Below, piece by piece: positions 41,701 to 50,882 of a DNA stretch of 64,000 bases. This stretch comes from an uncultured Gammaproteobacteria bacterium (GTDB taxonomy: Bacteria; Patescibacteriota; Patescibacteriia; SBBC01; CAIJZX01), in assembly GCA_964349465.1 (NCBI GenBank), contig CAYGGC010000001.1, positions 33,428 through 97,427 of the forward strand. Direction: 5' to 3'. A model generated the notes under the pieces. That model saw only the letters and a list, made by a program, of their open reading frames with translations. It searched no databases and was not told the DNA's origin. How positions within the stretch are numbered: the first letter of the stretch is position 1; every line of letters starts with the position of its first letter. A program made the position numbers and the translations under genes.

Positions 41701-44325
41701 CCGACCATTTGCGCACTTATCCCTGGGCATACCGGCTATCAAAATATTTGTCGCAGTGACGACCCGTTGGTGGTCGAAGGTGAAACACGTGTGCGCGCGA
41801 GCCTGCCGAGCGAAAACATTACCTCTAACGAAGTGAAAATTACTGCTGATCTGGTGGCGTGTGAAACTTCCGCCCAATGCGCCTGCGGTGGAAACTTGTC
41901 CTCACAATGCGTTGGAGGAAAATGCCAACCGGTTGTGACCTCAATCAGTCCGAACAACGGTCGGGTTGGTACCTGGGCGACGATCGAAGGGTGTTGGTTC
42001 GGAACCTACAATGCGGCGAATAGCAAAGTAGTCTTTTCTGACAACAAAGAAGGTATTGTCCCCGTCTCTGCTTCAAATGCCTGTACGGCCGGAAATACCT
42101 GGACGAACACGCAAATTATCCGTGAAGTTCCGACACTTGAAGAACCAACGAATGATGTGACGAATGACGCGGTGACTGGACCGGTTCGGGTTGTTCGTCG
42201 CGATCAGGTTTCGGTGAGTAGTAGTCCATTGGAATTTCAGATTAGTCCGGAAGAATACCCGAAAATTTGTCGAATTGATCCGAGCTCGCGCCGGCCGGGT
42301 GAAGTCGCGACGGTCTATGGAAAAGATTTAGGGACGGACCAGGGGAGTGGCGACAGTCTGACCTTGTCAGATGATGATACGACGACGGTGACGCCCTTCG
42401 CGGGCTATCCGCAGTGGGACGCTGATCGAATTGGTGTGGTGGCGCCAAATCCTGGCGTTGGCTTGAATGTCTATGGCGCCGGAAAAGTACGCGTGACGCA
42501 CCTTGGAAAAACCTCTAACCCACTAGCGATGACGCTCGTCGATCCAACCGCTGGCGGTGGAACCGGATCTTGTGCGGCTGCCGATCTTTGTGTGGATGAT
42601 TCAACGTGCGGGACAGGTCGCGGCTGCGGCTTCGATCATTGCTGTGCGACCCGCCCAGTCGTGACCGCGACGCGGCCGTTGGCTGGGGAAACGGATGTTT
42701 GCCGGAATACGCAAGTGCAAGTTGATTTTAGTCAGCCACTCTTACCAGCCTCTGTCACGTCGGCCACGTTCCGCTATCTTGATGGTGCACAAGTCGTCCA
42801 GGGCAAAGTCGGGCTCTTGAGTAACCGAACAACGGTGACCTATACGCCGGGCCTACTTTCACCGAACAGTATCCAGAGTTTGAAACTTACCCCAGCAGAT
42901 GGGCAATCAACCTTACTCCGTGGCGTCACTGGGGTACTCGCGGATATTCCGTCATCCTTCTCTCTCGGCTTTACCTCGAGCGCGGCGATCTGCGCGCTTG
43001 ATCGCGTGGTGGTCACGCCGGCCAGTAAAATTCTGACTGCGACCGGACAAACGTACTCGCCGGATCCGCTCGCGCAAGCCTTCAGTGGTCGTCGTTCGGC
43101 GCCGCTCAGCGAGGTGCCTGGTGTGTATGAATGGGATTGGCGCTGGGAACGGGTTGGCGGCAGCGATGCTATCGCGACCGTGCAGAATCAGAATTCTCCG
43201 ACGACGACCATTCAGGCGGGGACGACGCGTGGAAAAATTGCCGCGAAAGCGACGGCGAAAGTCACGGTCGACAATAACAATAACGCCACGGTCAATCGTG
43301 AAGCCTCCGGTCAAACGAGCGTGACGGTTGATTTCTGTGAAAACCCTTGGGTCTTTACTGATCAAGCGGCGAATTGCACGGCGAATCCAAATCCTGGGTC
43401 GACTGCCGAAGACGCCTGCCCAAGTTTCCACATGAAACTCTATTATTGCGCGAGTGCCTCGGAACCGTTACTCAACCATCAAGCGATCGAGGGTCGAAAC
43501 CGCGTCGATCCCGCTCGGAAGAAAAGCTTCTTCTTTAAGGAATCTGAAGCTAGTCAGGACGCTATTGGGGTACTGGTTTTTGCCAACCCGGAACTGTTAT
43601 CACCGTACGATTGGTTCAAAGATCGTTTCCCCGGCGTCAACCCAGGCTCCTCCACGACGATTGGTGGATACCCAGCGGTGCGGACGGGCACAACGGCGTA
43701 TATTGGTGTGACGGATTTGACCGACGCTGGTCAGTTGGCCGGGTATATGTTTGTCATCGATTTTAATTCCAATAGCGCTTCATCGTCGACCCAGTCTATC
43801 TACAATCGCATCCTCAGCACCATTGAATTTAATGCGACCCAGTCTCTGAGTGATGACGACCGAGCTGCGATCGTAAGTGATACGCAACGGGTCCAGGATC
43901 TCCGCAGCATTAAGTCCCTATTGGAAGTGTATAAAACAGCGAATAGTCGTTACCCAGATCTTCCGGCGGGTTCCTTTATTCCGGGCTTTACCACCTCAAC
44001 CTGGCCGTCGTGGCAACGCGAGTTGGCGAATGCCCTTGGTCGAACTCTGCCGAGCGACCCGACCAATGGATTTGCGCCAGGCGTCTGTCAGGCCCCATAT
44101 GAAGCGGCGAGTTGCTGGGCCGAGTCAACCCGACAATTTCAATGCCCGGTTGGGTCACAGATCTACTCCTACAAAACCCTGAATGGGGGATCGAGTTACG
44201 AGTTGTTCGCGAATTTGAAATATACCGGTGCTGGCGGATTCAATAATTTTACGGGGAACCCGTGTACCGGCCTCGGTACAAATAATAGTACCTGCGCCTG
44301 CTTTAACTATCGAGTTACGCCATGA
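38731..44325 (+). CDS. Large (~1,865 aa) surface protein: N-terminal CPR-type 'T4SS_pilin'-like module (signal peptide + two hydrophobic helices) followed by numerous IPT/TIG- and Ig-like domains and Cys-rich segments (ORF track start 38662 overlaps yqeY)
   Basis: N-terminus LNVIRWVLGILTLTAVVYMMYGGYLWLTAAGNEKRVEKAKQVILQAAIGLVIVLLAWAIVLFV; repeated …ISPxxGxxGTxxTIxGxxFG motifs. Confidence 0.8.
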   Translation: MRRISMRRQHAWVLTGLILVTVLAVAGLGVASRASAQTTFSVESIGGQIGLGDADLRQVVLNVIRWVLGILTLTAVVYMMYGGYLWLTAAGNEKRVEKAKQVILQAAIGLVIVLLAWAIVLFVTRSLANVTNTSNPDGGSTGGTCNPLIEECGEVTAFDVTNIASCAVGDANSNVPRSSAIQLTFNANLKDGAVQQAVADDVTNANPPNLIVQKCANNDCANPANLSTPVPLENQRFISGTKPTTTGTPPQADWTQKGKVVTFYHVANDTLAADARLFEPNQKYLLTIPAKDASKALLDVNDRKVQNCRRQTSDIAGLPGCDASGTDRITWEFTTGADTDGPALSVASAYPSFAYQTSTVSPNRSVDRSSFLSIQYNTPIDFNTLTADNFKVFKCGTTNIPSATNDWNECDDETANQIPSSNFVVEPRPDGRGGLLRLVSPALYEAFTWYKVEVSNVRSLCGRVQEPPTKTWVFQTNDAVPGVKKVYPRDGYQNACPATKVFIQYATSMWDGSSFDCNVGGGSYVSRGLMTNNPGRTLIPSSVFDANDPKTCTMYEFSSTSTLLPPNTNFEARVESDLVIDTNGRKLNYGYTVAGSTSEGPWAFKTATASTCAQEPVIIKVSPGQGPDGLCLSVIGDYFEKVNLADTNTDRPDAGDGLTLRARNQTADTWTNDFIVSSVDAGPTGGGLTRNASHPYVVTVNYPAPIGPLVSSPENFYLTDDPASQGPCLTKISPTQGPVNTTVVATGKRLGTGGQVEYSTKIPPNWTVAGSWTDTRIDGINVDPGSPGGRGDVTVVTGGQVSNPLPYTVKTVVDAPGTAPRVVETTTCSSTTTPSPNPRRDEAAACINAWPSARFTVEMDPATLNQTNIRLESCDAGYTTCAPVVAVVDADANNRGFKIKPTANLLPATAYRVTISGVTSADAVPMAGIYQWRFTTKAGNVECPIDRLVINQSDRVFNRAFTLGLPTSVTDSACNEIDGSGLTYAWNNSDPTICALIPGHTGYQNICRSDDPLVVEGETRVRASLPSENITSNEVKITADLVACETSAQCACGGNLSSQCVGGKCQPVVTSISPNNGRVGTWATIEGCWFGTYNAANSKVVFSDNKEGIVPVSASNACTAGNTWTNTQIIREVPTLEEPTNDVTNDAVTGPVRVVRRDQVSVSSSPLEFQISPEEYPKICRIDPSSRRPGEVATVYGKDLGTDQGSGDSLTLSDDDTTTVTPFAGYPQWDADRIGVVAPNPGVGLNVYGAGKVRVTHLGKTSNPLAMTLVDPTAGGGTGSCAAADLCVDDSTCGTGRGCGFDHCCATRPVVTATRPLAGETDVCRNTQVQVDFSQPLLPASVTSATFRYLDGAQVVQGKVGLLSNRTTVTYTPGLLSPNSIQSLKLTPADGQSTLLRGVTGVLADIPSSFSLGFTSSAAICALDRVVVTPASKILTATGQTYSPDPLAQAFSGRRSAPLSEVPGVYEWDWRWERVGGSDAIATVQNQNSPTTTIQAGTTRGKIAAKATAKVTVDNNNNATVNREASGQTSVTVDFCENPWVFTDQAANCTANPNPGSTAEDACPSFHMKLYYCASASEPLLNHQAIEGRNRVDPARKKSFFFKESEASQDAIGVLVFANPELLSPYDWFKDRFPGVNPGSSTTIGGYPAVRTGTTAYIGVTDLTDAGQLAGYMFVIDFNSNSASSSTQSIYNRILSTIEFNATQSLSDDDRAAIVSDTQRVQDLRSIKSLLEVYKTANSRYPDLPAGSFIPGFTTSTWPSWQRELANALGRTLPSDPTNGFAPGVCQAPYEAASCWAESTRQFQCPVGSQIYSYKTLNGGSSYELFANLKYTGAGGFNNFTGNPCTGLGTNNSTCACFNYRVTP

Positions 44326-44810
44326 ACCCTGACGACGTCACCTCATCAAACCCCCCATCGTTATTGGCTGGACGACGAAAATGGGCTATACTAGTAGCTG
44401 TTCTGCTGATGATCGCCACGATGATCGTTGTGATTGTCCAACAGCGCGCCGCTCCGGTTACCGAGCCAACGAATACCGGTTCGACGAATGCTGCCGAAAC
44501 GACACCGAGTGCAAAACGATCAAACACATCGCAACAGGTGACAATCCCGCAGGTAGCCGACGCGGATAAGGATGGTTTATCCGACCAGCGTGAGGCGCAA
44601 CTGAAGACCAATCCAAAACTTGCGGATACCGACGGTGATACGCTCAGCGACTACGATGAGGTGATGGTTTACATGACCGACCCCACTAAGCAGGATTCGG
44701 ACGGCGATACCTTCCCAGATGGCGACGAAGTCCGGACCGGAAATAATCCGAACGGAACCGGTACGTTGCTCAACCTTCCCCAAACATTATCAAATATCAA
44801 CGCTCAATAA
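44322..44810 (+). CDS. Membrane-anchored protein with thrombospondin type-3-like Ca-binding repeats (DxDxDGxxDxxE)
   Basis: N-terminal TM (WAILVAVLLMIATMIVVIV); DADKDGLSDQRE / DTDGDTLSDYDE / DSDGDTFPDGDE repeats. Confidence 0.65.
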   Translation: MNPDDVTSSNPPSLLAGRRKWAILVAVLLMIATMIVVIVQQRAAPVTEPTNTGSTNAAETTPSAKRSNTSQQVTIPQVADADKDGLSDQREAQLKTNPKLADTDGDTLSDYDEVMVYMTDPTKQDSDGDTFPDGDEVRTGNNPNGTGTLLNLPQTLSNINAQ

Positions 44811-44821
44811 CCACCACGCCT

Positions 44822-45925
44822 ATGTTCGAGAACACTCCTCCGCAGTCCGGCTTGCCTTCGTCGGCTCCGAGCCCGATGCCGGGCATGCCTACTTCCGCGC
44901 CGAGCCAACCAGCCCCATTGCCGCAACCGAAAGTGTTCACGATGCCGGAAAAATTCCGGAGCACGGGTGGCAGTCCGAAGTCAGGTGGTTCACGAGGGAC
45001 AAAACGGTTGATGATTATTTTGATTATCGTGACCGTCGTGGCTGGACTCACTGTTGGTGGACTGTATGTCTTCAACAATGTCCTCAACCAGGACACGGCG
45101 AACGACAACGCAAACACCAACACCGTCGTTGATGAGAATTTGAACGTGGTGAATACGAATACGACGGACGAAAATCTGAATAGCGAGAACAGCAACTTGA
45201 ATGGTGTGACGAACGAGAATGTGAACGCAACCGCTAACCTGAATACGTCTTTGAATAGCAATACAAATAGCGCTACCACCAACACGAACGCTACTACGAA
45301 TGGCAACACGAACACTTCAACAGTGGCCACGAGCCCACTGCCGTCGAGCACCGATACCGATGCTGACGGCCTAACTGATATTGAAGAAACCGTGTATGGC
45401 ACGAACGCTAGTCAGCCAGACTCAGACGGTGATTCCTTTATCGATGGCAAAAAGACTGATACGACGGGCACGATTGGCGAGGTGTTTAATGGATATAATC
45501 CGGCCGGCGACGGACGTCTTGAGGGCTCTGCCCTGGTAAAGCGCCAAGAGAATGCCACGAAAGAGTATAGCCTGCTCCTGCCAACGCCATGGACGGCGGT
45601 GACCGATTCCGCTGGCGGAGTCTTAATTAACCCGTCACAGTCAACCGGCGAACTGTTTCAAGTCCGGGTTGATGCCAATCCAAGCAAGCTGACACCACAA
45701 CAGTGGTACCTCGCCGCGAACCCATCGGCCAACGCGGCGGAACTTACTTCAATTACGGTCAACGCTCTTGAAGGCTTGTATTCCGAAGACCAAAGCACCG
45801 TCTATCTTTTCCGCGATACGAAGGTCTACATGATTCAGTATTCAACTGGATCGCTGACCCAGGTCAACTATCGAACAACCTTCGATATGATTGTACGGAG
45901 CTTCAAACTTGTCGCCGCGAGCTAA
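44822..45925 (+). CDS. Membrane-anchored protein with Pro-rich N-terminus, Asn/Thr low-complexity linker, TSP3-like repeats and a C-terminal globular domain
   Basis: TM LMIILIIVTVVAGLTVGGLYVF; DTDADGLTDIEE / DSDGDSFIDG repeats. Confidence 0.7.
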   Translation: MFENTPPQSGLPSSAPSPMPGMPTSAPSQPAPLPQPKVFTMPEKFRSTGGSPKSGGSRGTKRLMIILIIVTVVAGLTVGGLYVFNNVLNQDTANDNANTNTVVDENLNVVNTNTTDENLNSENSNLNGVTNENVNATANLNTSLNSNTNSATTNTNATTNGNTNTSTVATSPLPSSTDTDADGLTDIEETVYGTNASQPDSDGDSFIDGKKTDTTGTIGEVFNGYNPAGDGRLEGSALVKRQENATKEYSLLLPTPWTAVTDSAGGVLINPSQSTGELFQVRVDANPSKLTPQQWYLAANPSANAAELTSITVNALEGLYSEDQSTVYLFRDTKVYMIQYSTGSLTQVNYRTTFDMIVRSFKLVAAS

Positions 45926-46352
45926 GCGGAATAATTCCGCGGACATCACCGTTACGTTCCGGGTTGCGGCCGGCCTCTCGGCCGGCCGTGTCCGCGCTTG
46001 GGCGCAGGCCGCAAGGCAGCGACTGCCATCGCGTCACGGGCACCTCTCCATCGTTTTTGTTGGGCCGGTCGCAAGCCGTCGGTTAAATCGACAGTACCGC
46101 GGCAAAGATCGGGCCACGAATGTCCTCAGCTGGTTATGGCCCGAGAATGGACAGCCCAGTGGGGAAGAGGAGTGGGGTGAGATTGTCCTCTGTCCGGCTG
46201 TCGTTCGACATGAGGCCCCAGCGTATCAGCGATCGTATGCACAGCACGTTCAGCGACTCATTGAACACGGTCTTATTCACTTGCTCGGTCTTGACCACGA
46301 AACTTCGGCAGAACAACGTCGCTGGCAACGCTACGAACGACGGCTTCCATAA
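45891..46352 (+). CDS. ybeY: Endoribonuclease YbeY (rRNA maturation factor)
   Basis: HGLIHLLGLDHE zinc-binding motif; ybeY-dgkA synteny. Confidence 0.85.
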   Translation: MYGASNLSPRAKRNNSADITVTFRVAAGLSAGRVRAWAQAARQRLPSRHGHLSIVFVGPVASRRLNRQYRGKDRATNVLSWLWPENGQPSGEEEWGEIVLCPAVVRHEAPAYQRSYAQHVQRLIEHGLIHLLGLDHETSAEQRRWQRYERRLP

Positions 46353-46356
46353 TTCT

Positions 46357-46728
46357 ATGATCATCAGTCCCGCCCGATTCTGGAAAAGCTTCCGCTACGC
46401 TCGTCATGGCCTGGCCCGAGCGATGGCGACCGAGCATAGTTTCCGGATTCACGTCCTCGTCGCGATCGTCGTTGTTTTAGGAATTCTGTTGCTGAAACTC
46501 AACCGGGCTGAAGCGGCCGTTTTAATACTGTTGGTCAGCTCAATCCTGACGCTCGAACTGGTGAATACTGTTGTGGAGCGTTTTGTTGATATGCTCGAAC
46601 CACGGATGCACCCGTACGTCGGCGTCATTAAAGACCTGATGGCCGCCGGAGTGCTGATTACCTCAATTGCCGCCGCCGTCATCGGCATCGTTATTTTTTG
46701 GCCCTACCTGACCCCGCTTTGGGCCTAG
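46357..46728 (+). CDS. dgkA: Diacylglycerol/undecaprenol kinase DgkA family (3 TM)
   Basis: Three-TM DgkA-like membrane protein (…ELVNTVVERFVDM…); ORF track 46120 start overlaps ybeY in another frame, Met at 46357 used. Confidence 0.85.
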   Translation: MIISPARFWKSFRYARHGLARAMATEHSFRIHVLVAIVVVLGILLLKLNRAEAAVLILLVSSILTLELVNTVVERFVDMLEPRMHPYVGVIKDLMAAGVLITSIAAAVIGIVIFWPYLTPLWA

Positions 46729-46735
46729 AGGAGGA

Positions 46736-46756
46736 CTGAACACTTGTAGTGTTCAG
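46736..46756. promoter_or_regulatory. 21-bp palindrome CTGAACACT-tgt-AGTGTTCAG immediately after dgkA stop, ~85 bp upstream of ftsA
   Basis: Perfect 9-bp inverted repeat; near-identical copy at 48091-48111. Confidence 0.4.
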
Positions 46757-46839
46757 TGGGTTTTCCACAGCCCTCGTCATAGACGCGAAAATGGTTTATA
46801 CTTTACAAGTCAGTAGTTTCATGTCCTTGTACTATCGTT

Positions 46840-48084
46840 ATGGCTCGATCTGAGCTTTTCACCGGTCTTGATATCGGTTCATCTGCAATTCGCGTTGTCG
46901 TCGCCCAGCGTCAGCCCGGCGGGGACGGCCTCCATGTTCTTGGCGCTGCCGAAGGACCAGCTGAAGGCATGTCGAAGGGGAGTATTACTAGTATTGAAGA
47001 TGCGGTTTCTTCGATTTCTGCTACGCTCGAAAAAGCTGAACGGATGACCGGGGTGCCAGTAGAGCACGCGACGGTTTCGATTAACGGTACTCATGTTGTT
47101 TCGCAGGAAAGCCACGGCATTGTCGCCGTGGCCAAAGCTGATGGGGAAATCAAGCAGAATGATGTTGATCGCGTGATTGAAGCGGCCCAAGCTGTCGCCA
47201 CTCCGCCGAACTACGAAATCCTTCATGTCGTGCCACGTGCCTACACCGTCGATAACCAGCATGGAGTGAAGGATCCGATTGGGATGAGTGGAATGCGTCT
47301 CGAAGTCGATACGCAGATTATCCAAGGCCTGACCGCTCAAATTAAAAATCTGCAAAAAGCGATCTACCGCACCGGCGTCAATATTGATGACATGGTGTTG
47401 TCTGTTTTAGCCTCGTCGTTAGCCTGTGCCTCAAAGCGGCAGAAGGAACTCGGCGTAGCGGTCTTGAACATCGGTTCGGCGACGACATCGTTAATGGTCT
47501 TCGAAGAAGGGGACGTCATGCACACAAAGATTTTACCGGTTGGCGCCAGTCATATCACCAATGACGTCGCGATTGGGTTACGCATCTCGATCGATCTGGC
47601 TGAAAAAGTGAAACTTGAATATGGCACGGCGATGCCGGATGACGTCCAGAAGCGGGAAGAAATTAATCTCTCCGAGCTTGGCGGCGATGACCTGACTGTT
47701 TCCCGCCGACATATTTCCGAAATTATTGAAGCCCGCGTTGAAGAAATGTTAAAAATGATCGACCGTGAGTTGCAACAGATTGACCGCTCTGGGTTGCTCC
47801 CAGCTGGAATCATCATTACCGGTGGTGGGGCGAAACTGCCGGGCTTGGTCGACTTAGGTAAGCGCGAATTCCGCTTGCCGGTTGGGATCGGTTTCCCGCA
47901 AGGTTACTCGAGCGCCATCGATAAAATTCAAGATCCCTCATTCGCAACCGCCCTCGGGCTGGCGAGCTGGAGCGCCGACGTTCAAGACCAAGGCGGGATG
48001 ATGGGAAATATCGGCGATCGCTTCTCGGCGGTCGGCGATACGGTCGGAACGATCCGGCGCTGGGTCAAGGGGTTACTCCCATAG
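46840..48084 (+). CDS. ftsA: Cell division protein FtsA
   Basis: Actin-like ATPase; LFTGLDIGSSAIRVVVA… canonical FtsA N-terminus. Confidence 0.95.
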   Translation: MARSELFTGLDIGSSAIRVVVAQRQPGGDGLHVLGAAEGPAEGMSKGSITSIEDAVSSISATLEKAERMTGVPVEHATVSINGTHVVSQESHGIVAVAKADGEIKQNDVDRVIEAAQAVATPPNYEILHVVPRAYTVDNQHGVKDPIGMSGMRLEVDTQIIQGLTAQIKNLQKAIYRTGVNIDDMVLSVLASSLACASKRQKELGVAVLNIGSATTSLMVFEEGDVMHTKILPVGASHITNDVAIGLRISIDLAEKVKLEYGTAMPDDVQKREEINLSELGGDDLTVSRRHISEIIEARVEEMLKMIDRELQQIDRSGLLPAGIIITGGGAKLPGLVDLGKREFRLPVGIGFPQGYSSAIDKIQDPSFATALGLASWSADVQDQGGMMGNIGDRFSAVGDTVGTIRRWVKGLLP

Positions 48085-48090
48085 GCGGAA

Positions 48091-48111
48091 CTGAACACTA
48101 AAAGTGTTCAG
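48091..48111. promoter_or_regulatory. Second copy of palindrome CTGAACACT-aaa-AGTGTTCAG, right after ftsA stop and upstream of ftsZ promoter (TTGCGG-17-TATACT)
   Basis: Same 9-bp arms as 46736-46756. Confidence 0.4.
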
Positions 48112-48168
48112 ATATCCACCGTCACCCTTTTGCGGTGCTTTCATCAATTTGCTATACTCCGTTCGCCC

Positions 48169-49362
48169 ATGCCACCACGAAACTCTATGGAAGTAAAACC
48201 TCAAATCGAAACCTTCGCCAAGATTAAAGTTGTTGGTGTTGGTGGTTCGGGTGGTTCGGCCTTAAATCGAATGATGCAGCATAAAATTCGCGGCATCGAT
48301 TTTGTGGCGGTCAATACGGACGCTCAGGCGCTGCACCACAACGCAGCGCCGCAAAAAATCCATATTGGAAAAACAACAACCCGTGGACTCGGAGCCGGGA
48401 TGGATCCGGAAACCGGTCGAAAGGCGGCCGAAGAGGATAGCGAAGAAATCCATGACATGCTCAAGGGCAGTGATATGGTTTTTATTACCTGCGGACTTGG
48501 TGGTGGAACCGGAACTGGCGCCGCGCCACTCGTCGCCGAATTAGCCAAAGATGTTGGCGCCCTCACGGTCGCCGTTGTGACCAAGCCATTTTCCTTCGAA
48601 GGAGCGCAGCGCAAACAACTCGCCGATTCGGGGTATCTCGAATTGGCGGAAAATGTTGATACGATTATTACGATCCCGAACGATCGACTGTTACAAATCA
48701 TCGACAAAAAAACCTCACTCCTCGAAGCCTTTCAGGTTGTTGATGATGTTCTTCGCCAAGGGATTCAAGGTATCGCCGAGCTGATTACTGTCCCGGGCTT
48801 GATCAACGTCGACTTTGCTGATGTGAAAGCGATCATGAAAGAACAGGGGACAGCGCTGATGGGGATTGGCCGAGCAACCGGCGAAACCCGCGCGGTTGAT
48901 GCGGCCAAGAACGCGATTGATTCGCCGCTCTTGGAAGTGCCGATCGATGGTGCGAAAGGTATTCTCTTTACCGTCACTGGTGGCCCAAGCTTGGGGATGT
49001 ATGAAGTGAATGAAGCCGCTCGCATTATTACTCAGTCGGCCGACCCGGCAGCAAAAATCATCTTCGGCGCGATTATTGATGAGGCCATGAAAGATGAAGT
49101 GAAGGTCACGGTCATTGCGACCGGCTTCGGCAAAGGCGCGAACCGACCGACCAAGAAGGCCATCACTGGTGGATCAATGATGCCATTTGAGCAACCAAAA
49201 CCGATGATGGACAAGCCAAAGCCACAGCCGGTAGTCTCTGCCCCGATGCCGACCACGAGTGCACCAAGTATGCCCACCTCGCGTCCGATTGTCTCATCGG
49301 CAAAACCAAAAGAAGAGGATGACCTGGAAATTCCAGCGTTCATCCGAAAAAAAATGATGTAG
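48169..49362 (+). CDS. ftsZ: Cell division GTPase FtsZ (ORF track start 48130; ATG 48169 sits ~9 nt after a TATACT -10, possibly leaderless)
   Basis: GGGTGTG tubulin signature, KIKVVGVGGSGGSALNRM. Confidence 0.95.
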   Translation: MPPRNSMEVKPQIETFAKIKVVGVGGSGGSALNRMMQHKIRGIDFVAVNTDAQALHHNAAPQKIHIGKTTTRGLGAGMDPETGRKAAEEDSEEIHDMLKGSDMVFITCGLGGGTGTGAAPLVAELAKDVGALTVAVVTKPFSFEGAQRKQLADSGYLELAENVDTIITIPNDRLLQIIDKKTSLLEAFQVVDDVLRQGIQGIAELITVPGLINVDFADVKAIMKEQGTALMGIGRATGETRAVDAAKNAIDSPLLEVPIDGAKGILFTVTGGPSLGMYEVNEAARIITQSADPAAKIIFGAIIDEAMKDEVKVTVIATGFGKGANRPTKKAITGGSMMPFEQPKPMMDKPKPQPVVSAPMPTTSAPSMPTSRPIVSSAKPKEEDDLEIPAFIRKKMM

Positions 49363-49380
49363 GTCGTTGACCTGGTAGCA

Positions 49381-50880
49381 ATGTCAATCAATCCACGGAC
49401 GTCAGGGAGTCGAACGCTCCGGCGAGTTGCTTGGGTGGGTTTTTTCGTATTGGGGTTGGTCGCCGTGACATGGGCGATCGCGAGTATCCGCATCGACGAA
49501 GTCTTTACCGCTCACGCCCAAGACACCGGGAATATGTGGCAGACGATGTGGAATGTCGGCCATGGTCACGGTTTCACTATGACCTTTTCAAATACCGGTG
49601 AGCAAGTATCACGCCTAGCGATTCACGCCGACTACCTCCTGATTCTGCTGGCGCCGCTGAGCTGGTTCGCGACGTCAGACGCATTGGTCGCTCTGCAAGC
49701 GCTTGCTGCGGTGGCTGGGGCGTGGTTTTTATGGTCGGCTGTTATCGCGATCACGTCCCGGCCTAGCCTTGGTTACGCCTTAGCGGCAGGGTATCTTCTG
49801 TCCGGGGCGGTCGTCTATCCGGTGCTGTGGCAAGTGCATCCGGTCACGTTCCTATTTCTCTTTGGGCTAGCTGGGATTGAGGCGATTGTTCTCCGCCGAC
49901 GGGCGTGGGTGCTCGTGATGTGGTTTGGGTTGGCCCTGATCACAAAAGAGAATGTTGGGTTCTTGATCGGACCGATCTGGTGGTATTTTTTACGCGCGTA
50001 TGACCGGCGCCGTTTGGCGTGGTGGCTCCTTGGCATTGGTCTAGCGTGGTCAACTGCGCATTTCGCTTGGTTTATTCCGGCCGCGAGAACCGACGGCACG
50101 AACCATTTTGCGTGGGCAATGTATTACGGCAGTTTGGGTGAGACGCCCGGAGAAATTCTTCGACGACTCTTGCAGGGTGGAGAACTTGGTTGGCGGCTGA
50201 TGCGGCCTGACCATGTCGTGACCGCATTGGCGATGATCCTGCCGATGGTGGGCCTTGCCTGCTTGAGCCCAGTCGCGCTTCTCGCCCTTCCGGCTTTATT
50301 GCCGCACTGGCTGAGTGATACCAAGACGGTCCATACTATTTTCCATATTGCCCATGTTCCGGCCATGGTTGTGCTTCTGATTGCTGGACTGGACGGACTG
50401 CGACGTTGGCGACGGATTGCGCAGTGGCGTTGGCTACCACTCGCGGTTATTCTGGGCAGTGTGGCGATGTCAGTTGCGATGAGTCCATATCCTTGGAGCT
50501 GGCAGTGGCAACCGGAGATGTGGACGCGCGACCCCGGTCGGATGAGTGTCTTAGCCCAGCGTCAACTATTACCACCAACCGCTAGCGTCAGTTTTACGCG
50601 GGAGCTTGGGCCGCAGTGGCGATCCTACGAATACAGCGCCTTATTTCCACAGGCCTGGATGTCGGTTGAGTATATCGTGCTCCATGAGCCGGTCTGGTGG
50701 AATCAACAGCCGAATACTGACAAGACCGTCTATCAGTGGTATCGTGAATTCCTTGATCGTTCCGTGGCCTTTGAGCGCCTGTACCAGTCAGGCACCGATC
50801 GGATCTATCGTCGAATACCCGGATCTCAACTCGAGTCAGTGCCTGGGGAATATCTGCCGGGTACATATAACTTCTACTAA
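49381..50880 (+). CDS. DUF2079-like polytopic membrane protein, paralog 1
   Basis: …WNVGHGHGF… and …HADYLLILLAPLSWF… signature shared with the next gene. Confidence 0.75.
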   Translation: MSINPRTSGSRTLRRVAWVGFFVLGLVAVTWAIASIRIDEVFTAHAQDTGNMWQTMWNVGHGHGFTMTFSNTGEQVSRLAIHADYLLILLAPLSWFATSDALVALQALAAVAGAWFLWSAVIAITSRPSLGYALAAGYLLSGAVVYPVLWQVHPVTFLFLFGLAGIEAIVLRRRAWVLVMWFGLALITKENVGFLIGPIWWYFLRAYDRRRLAWWLLGIGLAWSTAHFAWFIPAARTDGTNHFAWAMYYGSLGETPGEILRRLLQGGELGWRLMRPDHVVTALAMILPMVGLACLSPVALLALPALLPHWLSDTKTVHTIFHIAHVPAMVVLLIAGLDGLRRWRRIAQWRWLPLAVILGSVAMSVAMSPYPWSWQWQPEMWTRDPGRMSVLAQRQLLPPTASVSFTRELGPQWRSYEYSALFPQAWMSVEYIVLHEPVWWNQQPNTDKTVYQWYREFLDRSVAFERLYQSGTDRIYRRIPGSQLESVPGEYLPGTYNFY

Positions 50881-50882
50881 CT

